NCBI GenBank assembly: GCA_973895155.1
Contig: OZ316897.1
Span: 10,935,832-10,999,831 of the forward strand
Length of the DNA stretch: 64,000 bases
Reading direction: 5' to 3'
From: Marsupella aquatica
Lineage: Eukaryota > Plantae > Marchantiophyta
Of the stretch, positions 54,853-64,000 are shown in pieces (the first letter of the stretch is position 1; the number at the start of each line of letters is the position of its first letter). The notes beneath the pieces are model-generated. The model worked only from the letters and a program-made list of their open reading frames with translations. It ran no database searches and had not been told where the DNA came from. The position numbers and the translations under genes are program-made.

Positions 54853-55182
54853 TCATCGTGAAAGGTTCACCCAAGGGTCTTTGTTCCAAATCTTACAATA
54901 GAAGTGAGCCTGTTTGTGGTACTTGTTGTCAAGACGACAACAACAATAGTTACAAGAAAACTCCAAAGAATGTAAACACGCCGTTAACATCAACCTCGAA
55001 CGAATTGGAACTCTTGCATCATTCATTCCTCAGAATTCAATGCAGAGAGGATTCTGCCTATCTACAGGATCAGTACCACCCACCCACAATGCTCCTATAC
55101 TGATGGGGAGAACTTTGAGTCGCACGAGTCTCTTGTACAACCGGCGTGCACGTTTGACACGATTTTCAAGGAAGACAGCCAT
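54853..55182 (-). pseudogene. Small Cys-rich cargo ORF (110 codons, one internal TGA)
   Basis: Hand translation: MAVFLENRVKRARRLYKRLVRLKVLPISIGALWVGGTDPVDRQNPLCIEF*GMNDARVPIRSRLMLTACLHSLEFSCNYCCCRLDNKYHKQAHFYCKIWNKDPWVNLSR*; same strand as the other cargo. Confidence 0.35.
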
Positions 55183-56898
55183 TTGTCACAATACCTGTTG
55201 TCCACGGAGTGCAATCGACCTTCCGTTGTGCCTCCTAAACCAGCAACACTGCGACATCAGAGATGAAGATGAGTCTCCAAACAAAACAAAGGAAAATGAT
55301 TCTCACAGGAGGATGCAATAAGTTTATCGCACTCCGCATTCGAATTGAAAATATGACTTCCTCAGACACCTAACCCCTGAATTCAATCTTTCACAAAAAT
55401 GACAACTCCGATAAATTTATCGGATTCTCAATTACTCCTCTTTCCATGAAAGGAATGAAGACTCCGATAAATTTATCGGAATGAAGGCAACACCTCTCTA
55501 AACACTGGATCAAATGATTGCAACAGAGGAATGTAGAATGTGATAAATTTATCGCAGTCCACTCGGATCTGGACATTTTACACTAAATGACTAGTTAGTC
55601 TTACATGGAGAACTTGAACAGGAATGGCTGTTCCGATAAATTTATCGGGTTTTCGGTAGAAAGAGTCGAATCGCTTGGGAGGAATGTAAGACTTGATGGG
55701 AGTTTGGTATTCGCTCTCAGTCAGGAGATATTTGCTATGGCGAAAGCAAATGTTTTATGGGCAGCCCGCTCCTCTTTATATAGGAGACGCTCTAAACCAT
55801 GGTTAATTTCCCCTTAACCATGGTTAAGTTTCCCCTTTACCTGGGTTAGTGCGTGGTTGTTCCTGGATTACGCGGTTCGGACCAAGTTACTCGCAGTTCA
55901 GACTTTTTCACTGACGGAATGTAAAACCCGATGCACGTATCGTTCCCTGCATTCCCGCGGCGATGCAATGGAGGAAAGTGGCGTTTCGGAGAGTTTTTTC
56001 CAGTTTTATCGGTCATTGCATTGCCTTAGAAAAAAAACGGGATCGGGCTAAACGAGAACTCCGACACACTTCTTGGTCGGTCCGAAATCGTGTTGAGATA
56101 TTGTTGATCATCTTTTTTCCGTAGAAGAACTATGAAGCCCCAAGTGAATTCAACTGAGGACAACCCCTCAACCATTCCATGCAACAGTGCCCTCATAGGG
56201 AAGGTCCTACCATTTTCCATATATTGTGCGACAAAGAATTCAACGGGGACCCCATCAGGACCAGGGTACTTGTTGTTTGCTAGTGCAGCAGCAGCCTTGC
56301 CAAGTTCATCTATTGTGAGGGGTACATTCATCAAATCTTGATCCTCCACTGTAATATGTTTAATTTGTTTGTAGGTGCAGGACCTGTGCAAGTTGTTCCC
56401 AATGAGGACCATTGGATTGACCAAGAATATCTTGAAAAACATTTGTGGCCATGTCTACCATCTCCTCCCAATTACTAACGATTTGTCCCTCGTTAGTAAA
56501 CAGTTGTGTGATCTCATTATTCAAAGCCAGACCCTTGAAAGACCAAAAGAAGAGCTTGGAACATTTGTCTCCTTCACCAATCCAACGTGATTGCAAGATG
56601 TAATCCATCCAGTCCGCCTATTCAATCTCAAATTCTTGCAGTATTACTTTCGCTTCCTGCAGTTCATCTTGACGCGCATTGTTTTGTGGTTCTTCTTCCA
56701 AAGCGAGTTGTCCCCAAGCAAGGTTTTTGCAGAGGGAGACTTCCTTCTTCCTTCTTTCATTGGCCTTCCTTTTCCCCCAACACCTATCAAATTTCTGGGC
56801 TCTGGCAAGGCACCATGAGAGAGTCTTATCCGCCGCCATGCCCTTCTCCATGAAATATGCTTCCTCCTTCTCCCATAGGATCATGATTATGTGTTCTT

Positions 56899-57264
56899 TG
56901 TTAGGTATTTACTCATTCAAGGTCTAGGGTTACGACATGTAACTGTACTAGTTAGGTTAACCGTGGTCGGAGACGTGGTTAGGTTAACTAGGTTGCACAC
57001 TATATGCCAAGTGGTGTTTGCTTGGATAAGTGGAACTTAGGCTCATTGTTACGGAGCCACTTGAGAGATGAGGAGAACTTACACTATGGGGACTTGGTTT
57101 AGCCAATGGGCTTAGAGTTTAGTAAAGCTATATTGTGTGTTCCCATGGATGCGGGCGTGGACGTAGCCTCGAGGAGGTGAATCACGCGCGTATCTCTTGT
57201 GTCGACTACTTGCGCATTGGATGTGTCATATGCTAACCATTGCGATTGTCATCTATCCTCAACA
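56899..57264 (+). mobile_element. Solo LTR of a Copia family related to 25660-32381, inserted in the LINE
   Basis: TG...CA, TSD TTCTT (56894-98, 57265-69). The reverse complement aligns with the Copia LTR (tgttgag.ataga.gaca.., gaggctacgtccacg, aacaatgagcc). Confidence 0.88.
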
Positions 57265-57667
57265 TTCTTGATAGTCGCTCTGCTTCTGGTGACTAACATT
57301 CATGCGGTGTTGTGAATGCCTTTTGGTAGGCAAAATAGGGGTGATCATAGCTATCACTAACGCATGATCCGACAAGGTAATCCTAGGCAGAATGGTGGAG
57401 GAGACCCCTAATTTCTCCTTTACTGCTCCCCTGGACACATAAATTCTATCTAGCCTACGTAGAATCCCATGACCCACGTTAATTATGTGCATCTTGTATG
57501 ACTAGTATGTGTCAAAAACTTCTTTTGTTGTCCCAACTGAAATGCAGGTGTCCAGGTTTCTCCTGAGATGAGTCCACTAGGTGAAGTCATTGCTTTAGAT
57601 GATGCTAGGCCCATTTTTCACTGCCTGAAATGGTCGACGTGTTGTTGCCCCCCTTTAGATCAGAGAT

Positions 57668-59314
57668 GTCGTGCGCATACACATAGCTACACAACATACA
57701 TTGCTTGTCACACACATCCAAACATATCCACAATGCAGCATCATAAACACAAGAGAATGGAATACAAGTGGAACTCATGTCCACACATGTCCAAAACCCA
57801 CAATAATCTTCACAACAATCGGCACAACGATCCCGGTCAAAAATACCCCATCGATCCCGCACCGATCCGATCACACACGTATGTCAAGCCAACGCACCTT
57901 GCACTACTCAAGGAATCCACGTTGCACAAGCAGAGCTCACAACCACCATAGCCACATGCAAGCTCCTCTCTCTCCAAGGCTCAACATCAAAAGATGACCT
58001 TTTGATGCCTCACAAGGGAGAACTACTCTCCCACACAAACCTAATAGAACCCTATCAGCTCCAATAGTACACATACAAAATATACATACTCAACTAGCAC
58101 TATATACTACAACAACATCTAGAATGGTGTGACAGTTGTCATGCGCATTTACATTGCTACACAACATATATCGTTTGTCACACACATCCAAACATATCCA
58201 CAATGCAGCATCACAAACACAAGAGAATGGAATACAAGTGGAAAGTTCTCATATCCACACATGTCCAAAACCCACAATCGCCCCCCTAGCTGGGAGTAAA
58301 GTCCCCTAACTCTAGCTAGCCATGAGTTCTACAAGGCTGATATACACCTTTTTAAGTGTGAAGATCAGGAGGCCGGATGCAAGTGAGCCCCATCAATCAC
58401 CTTCTTGCAATCCATATTTGCCAAGAGAACACAAATGATAACTAGTCGGCTTCACCAACACTGAGGACACAACCATGATCCACTAGAAATCACCTACAAT
58501 GGTGGTCATGACATGTCCCATCCTCTAGAACACTTATCACAAATCAACATAGTAGCTGCTCCCTGAGCGGATCCACACAACATACATTTCAAGCCAGCAT
58601 GAACATGTGCCAAGCTTGGATCTACTGTACCATCAAGGTTGGGAAGGTGACATGGTGCACAGTTACGCACATGATCCTTCCAAACCATACCATTGCGTCC
58701 CTCCAACATCAGGACACCAGAAGGCAACACTTCACGCACACGTAAGATTGTCCAGCCTGTGGTCACTCAAGTGTCGTGGGTGCTGTCTATTGCAAATAAA
58801 CATAATCACCAGGATAAAATTGTCGAATGCTTGCACGATAACCTCCTCCATGAATAGTGGCATACCTCAAAGTATCACAATGTTGGGCAATGGCAAGGTT
58901 GTCAAAAGCCATGGGCATGACTCTCTGAAATACCCGTGCTCTCTCTGAACACACCTTGACCCAAACATCAGGATCATCCAAGTTCACAACTGATGCAGCA
59001 TCACAACGAATCATTGCTGGCAATCTGGTTCTCTACCATAGAGCAAAAAGTAAGGTGAGAAGGGTTTAGGGTGATGCTTGTCGGCTGAAATGGTAGCCCA
59101 TAGCTAACCAAGGTAGCTGGAGATCCCAATCTCCCAGATGACCAACCTGCAAGCCATATTTATGCAATCCCCTCTTCATAGTTTGCACCACTCTCTCAAC
59201 TAATCCATCTGCCTCAGGATGATCACGAGAGGTAGTATGATGATCAATCAAAGCTTGTTCACACAAATTCTCAAACTCTCCATGGAACTCAGTTCCCTGA
59301 TCAGTCAACACCTT
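57668..59314 (-). mobile_element. Ty3/Gypsy remnant: integrase C-half with PHD finger, PPT and LTR-like repeats
   Basis: VLTDQGTEF, HPEADGLVER, GDYVYL; CMLC...MLICDKCSRGW...SGSWLCPQC; PPT-like atcgcccccctag at about 58277; 57668-57801 repeated at 58137-58276. Confidence 0.8.
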
Positions 59315-59874
59315 AAACAAGAAACCTTAAAGGATGGGTCTAAGGCCTTAATTCCTTTTTCCAAAAAATTATGATTTTTAGAAATGTAGTCCTAAAACAG
59401 GCAATAAAAGTAGCATATTTTTTTGACATTGACCCTTTGCATTTTAAACTAGAGTTTGCACCAATATTTGAGACAAAACATATTCAAAACCCGATTTTAA
59501 TAAAATTGACCTCTCAAAACAAGTATAAATATCATAATCTAGGCTCAAACACTAGTACATATTAAGTTGATTTCTGATGCTCAATTTTTGCGAACAATCG
59601 GCGTCCGATTCTTCTAGCATCGGAAATTCCGATTATCACAAAATGGCAATATGCCATACTCTCGGCTTTGGATATCTTCATTTCCGATATAATTAACAAC
59701 GGAACCTTTCCGATGCATTAAAAAACGGATCATATCCGTTAGAAAACACATCAGATCCCTCAACAAAAACTTTGATTGATATGTCCAATGTTTTTTGTAA
59801 CAAAAATGATGTGCGTTACAATATTCATCAAAAAAGTTCCGTAGTTAATAACAACGGATATTATATCCGATTGT

Positions 59875-60063
59875 GCTAACATGGCAAAGTCCAATGTTGG
59901 GAGAATGGGAAAGTCCAATGCTGGGAGAATGGGAAAGTCCGATGCTAGAAGAATGGGAAAGTCCGATTCTGGGAGAATGGGAAAGTCCGATTCTGGAAGT
60001 ATGGGAAAGTCCAATTCTGGGAGAATGGGAAAGTCCGATGCTAGGAGTATGGGAAAGTCTGGT
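59875..60063 (+). repeat. 24-bp tandem array (about 7.5 copies)
   Basis: unit gctgggagaatgggaaagtccgat. Confidence 0.92.
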
Positions 60064-60909
60064 TGTGGCAAAAAGACAAATTTTGATTGTGTTAGAATAA
60101 AAAGTTTTGATGTGTTAGATGGGGTATGTGGTTGCACCGACATACTCTTCCCAAAAGATGCAATCATTCTTGCATGCATGAATAACTTCATACTTGAGGC
60201 AAATGGACTTGAGTGTTGTTTTTGCCTCCTTCAATTCCAAGACCCAACATATTGTTAACCCTTACGGAAATATGTGCTCAACATGCCAAGTCCAAAATAC
60301 ATCATCTAGAAGGAGATTGCTTGTCCCATGTAGTCTTTGTTGCAAGTCCAACAACAATATAGTTGATAAAAGATGAGACAATCAGGAGCCATTGACGTTG
60401 AGGCTTTGGAAAGACCAAAATATCATCCATAACTAATAAGCCATAATTATCCCATATCAAATCTAATGAAGGAGGGCTTTACTATCGACAAATGACCCCT
60501 GCCAAATTTCTATTGGTTTCTCCTAGGGGAATGTAACAGGGTAACTAGACTAGGTCACTTGATGCAAAGATCTAATCTCATGATAGAGAAAAATGGATCA
60601 AGAATGGGTCCAAATTATGGATCTTAGTAAATTCACAAGTGTATAAAATCCCCAAACACTCTAAGTCAAACAACAAAAGTGCTAAGCTTGCATGTACAAT
60701 GTAAGGAATAAGAACCACAAAGTTAAGCTCATGTTGGAGGAATAGCAATTGGGATGGGTGACCAATTGGTTGAGAAAATTTGAAGAGTTGACATGTCAAG
60801 GGAGATGGGCACCTAGCTCATAGTTCCAAATGAAAGTAGAAACCCAATTAAAAGAAGAGATGGGTGACCTGAGCATGTCACGTCCGCTGAAATGCATATC
60901 CTATTTTGA

Positions 60910-61072
60910 TTGCTTCGGACTTTCCCATTCTCCTAGCATCAGACTTTCCCATTCTCTCACCATCGGACTTTTCCATTCTCCTAGCATCAGACTTTTCCAT
61001 TTTCTCACCATCGGACTTTCCCATTCTCCTAGCATCGGACTTTCCCATTCTCCCACCATCAGACTTTCCGAT
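60910..61072 (-). repeat. Inverted copy of the 24-bp tandem array (about 6.5 copies)
   Basis: unit atcggactttcccattctcctagc. Confidence 0.92.
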
Positions 61073-61303
61073 AGAAGTCCGATTGTCGATATCCGATACT
61101 ATTAAAATGGCATGTTGCGATGCTAGTAGTATCGGATATATGGTTTATCAAATTTTATTTTACAAAAGCGTCCGAAGTGGAGAGAATAAAAAAAAGAGGT
61201 AAAATGTACTAGTGAAAGGCCATTGACATCTCAAAACTTGCAAGTAAAGTCTAGTTCTTTGTAGTTAAAACAACCCTAAAAAGTCTTACAAAAATATCCT
61301 CAT

Positions 61304-64000
61304 CTAAGCATCTCTTGTTTCCTCAACACTTCCAACAAATCCTGAAGAGTCAAGTCGAATGATTTCCTCCTCTCCAACTCCTATCTCTGGTATTGGTAGA
61401 ATGGTCTCTTGAACATCAACATCTGAATCCACCATGCCCTTGCCATCATCTTCCTCAATGTTGTCCACCAGGTTTAGAATTCTCCCTTTCAAGACACTAC
61501 TCTGGCGCTCATCAATCTCTACAGCAACGCAATGTCTTCCTTGTGCCAAAGAGGAAGCAAATCTTGTGCCTGACCCTGAACAAATATCTAGCACCTAGTC
61601 TCCAACCTGGCTAAAATGAGTAACTTCCCAATCCAATAACATTCTTGGCTTTCGGTAGAAGTTCACCAACTTATTGTCCCCATTGTGTTTCAACTTATTG
61701 GTCATAGCTGGACACACAACCACATTATTTTGAGACTCATTAGTCTCAAAATTGAAATGCTCCAAAGATTGTTTCCCATCCTGACTGTGAAAGCCAATGG
61801 TAAAACACTCAAAATTGTTGTTAAGCCTTGCACCTCCTGCATTCTTAACATTGTCTTTCACCTTGCAAAATCCAAATCAAACTTGCATTATGGATTTGTT
61901 TAAAAATCCAACATCATGGAATCATGAACACCAAAAAAACTTATTCATCTTTTGAAAATTTTCTTACCAAATACAATTGTGGAAACCGCCATTACACTCA
62001 GCTTTCAAGACAGTCTTGACAACATCATACTGGTCAATACTATGATGAATGATAACTCGCCGAAGATTTGCCTTGGTGACAACCTTGAAACACTGAACCA
62101 TCTTGGTAACCTCTTCCACACCCCATCCAACATGGTCTTCGTGAAGACAAGCAGTCATTCCAAACCCATATGGAATATCTGCCAAAGCCAATGTGTAAGC
62201 TCGTGATGGGACTACCTCATGCAATTTCTGAGCATCGTGTGTAAAGATATCATAGTACACATCCCCAAACTGTGGATGCTCAAAAGCATTAGGGTGGAGT
62301 TCACTTCCCTAGATCTCTCGGCAAGATGTCTTCATTGCCCACCAGTTCTGTGCTTGTGCAATATGCGCATTGAACTTATCTGGGAAGGACTTCAACTCTT
62401 TGCCTTCTTCACTCTCTCGCTTCTTTTTCCGGGAGCTGCTGTCTTTCTGAAAAAAACATTTGCCGGTATGAGATTCCTACATACTTAAGAATAAAATTGT
62501 AAAACAAATGCATAATCAATCTCTATCAAATAAACTTACCCAAGTCTGGAAGATAGGAACAAAATTCTTCAACACATTATCAGTGCAGTGTTCTGGGTAC
62601 TTGGTTTTGCAATTCTTCCAACTCTCTTCGTGAAGACAAGTAAGAAATGCTTTTTGCACTTGCATTTGGAATTTGTGCCGTTGAAATTCCTGTCCCATCT
62701 CTTGAAGAGATAGTTCCTTTGCCAAAACCTTTGTAGCACTGGACAGATCATGTCTGGATCTTTCAATGCCTGCATGTGTCTCCACTCAGTCAACTTCATA
62801 TCCTCACATAGCATTCTAGCATCTCCAGACTTGGACATATTTTTCTTGGTCTTATCTCTTTTCTGTCCTTTTATTTCACAATTCTCCCATGTGTCAAAGA
62901 TTTGTCATATGAAAGACCAAACAATATCCTTTCGAAATGCCAACTAAAATAAATTATCATTGGCATTCAGAACCTCAGAATCTTTACGTACACCCCAGTC
63001 CTTCAGATTGATTTTAGTGGCACACTCCCTGGGCCCCCACTCCTTTCTAATATGGGGAGGACGTGAGAACCGTTCAAGGGTCATTTTTATCCCTTCAGCG
63101 GTAATTTTTATAATTCGCTTACAATTCCGCAACCACTTTGTAATTTTGCAAGATCTCTTGAAATGACATCCTTCTTACTTTTGCGGAAGGGTAAATCAAT
63201 AGGTAGCAACACTCGACATCATATTGTTGGTACACGTGTCAAATTATAATTGGTACACGTGTATTATCCTTACAATATCCATATCTCCTTCATAGATTAA
63301 AATGTTAATACTGGCAACTATGCTAAGCCAGAAAAGTTTTGAAGGGAGGATTGGGGGTGATCCCGGGGGCGATGGGTGATGGACCGGGTGTGTGGAATGA
63401 AATTGTAATATATGAAGGATAATTATTATTGCCCAAAACTCCCTTTTGTAATACACTGAAGATACTTTAATAAGAGGAAATTTTTGGTTTTTATAAAAAA
63501 CCAAGGATAATCTCTATAGGAGAAAAATTAATAAGAAGGGGTACCTGTGTAGGGGAGGCTCACAGGTATGATTGTATAATATACAAAGAGTGAGGGCCCA
63601 AGGGGCACACTCCTTGAAATCAACATTTGATGATGATCCATTCTCTACAAATCGCATGTGAATGTAATTCACTCTTTGGATGGTGCTCATCTGTTGACAA
63701 AATTCAGAGTCTATATTATGACTCCAAGCTAAGTTCCTTGCTTCCTGGATAGACAAGCCTGCAAAGATCCAAGATTGCACTCTCCTGTATGACTTGTTGT
63801 TGGGAAATTGTAATGCCAAGTCTGCCTTTGCACAAGCAGAATGATTTCCCCCAATCACGTAATAGTGGTAATCATTCTTTTTTGAGAAATCAAAATCACC
63901 TCAAGTTGGGCACTCCTTGGGATCAACCAAGAGAACAAAAGGTGTTGCCAATGGACTAGCTCCAGTTGCTTTCATCCTTGTGGTAAATTAACTGTGTAAG
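61304..64000 (-). pseudogene. Second, divergent ParB-like plus N6/N4 DNA methyltransferase gene (5' part beyond the window)
   Basis: PFVLLVDPKECPT...IGGNHS (63.8-63.95 kb), RAYTLALADIPYGFG, NCIW, NFYRKP, VLDICSGSGT, VAVEID. Donors at about 62539 and 61967; stops and a MITE insertion. Confidence 0.83.
63027..63603. mobile_element. MITE family A inserted in the second ParB-MTase gene
   Basis: TSD GGCACACT (63019-26, 63604-11). Removal restores VDFKECATKINLKDWG. Close inverted copy of 45943-46528. Confidence 0.9.

Larger units (their letters stand above)
44321..56094 (+). mobile_element. 11.8-kb cargo-carrying cut-and-paste DNA transposon (Sola-like DDE)
   Basis: 18-bp perfect TIR AACACGATTTCGGACCGA (44321-38; reverse complement 56077-94; 23/25 if extended), 4-bp TSD GAGA (44317-20, 56095-98), clean interruption of the LINE RT frame, internal DDE transposase. 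Confidence 0.92.
40652..57660 (-). mobile_element. Degenerate L1/Tx1-like LINE, split by nested insertions
   Basis: APE (RLDRIYVS, LSDHALV; about 57270-57500), linker and RT start (KYPGPDGVPVEFF; 56095-56898), RT KWPITLLNIVYKI (44171-44320), WEKT and LGGLG motifs (43520-44040), C-terminal WNLWKDWN (about 41.2 kb), T-run at 40652. The frame DDQQYL|TNKWPITLLN is restored when 44321-56094 and one TSD are removed. Confidence 0.88.

Noticed and set aside
44316-56098. Alternative 5-bp TSD (TGAGA) for the large element
   Set aside because: It would make the termini asymmetric; the 4-bp GAGA reading gives perfect TIRs.
59875-60063. CRISPR-like regular repeats (also the 58-, 71- and 75-bp arrays)
   Set aside because: Head-to-tail units without unique spacers, no cas genes, eukaryotic context.
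59760-61202. ORFs with 8-aa repeats (SDFPILPE, MGKSDSGR)
   Set aside because: By-products of the 24-bp array; open in several frames on both strands.

Overview
Eukaryotic, intron-containing DNA that looks like a flagellated-sperm land plant (bryophyte/lycophyte/fern-like; inferred from a plant HHP/PAQR gene, Ty1/Copia, MULE, L1 and MITE elements, and a CEP78-like centriole gene). The first 23 kb holds a frameshifted fungal-type short-chain dehydrogenase, a 3-exon PAQR/heptahelical gene and a multi-exon CEP78-like LRR gene. The rest is nested transposons: a full-length Copia (344-bp LTRs, ATGCA TSD) inside a MULE remnant, and an L1-like LINE split by several insertions. The main result is an 11.8-kb DNA transposon (44321-56094; 18-bp perfect TIRs, 4-bp GAGA TSD, Sola-like DDE transposase). 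On its opposite strand it carries a spliced gene of about 1050 codons fusing a ParB/Srx-like domain to a prokaryote-type N6A/N4C DNA methyltransferase, plus an F-box-like gene and orphan ORFs. About 24 copies of the palindrome CCGATAAATTTATCGG lie inside it, nearly all in non-coding parts. A second, divergent ParB-methyltransferase gene with its own TCCGAT-rich inverted arrays starts at about 61.3 kb and runs off the window. Both methyltransferase genes are now disrupted. All family assignments are by eye from motifs, not from database searches.
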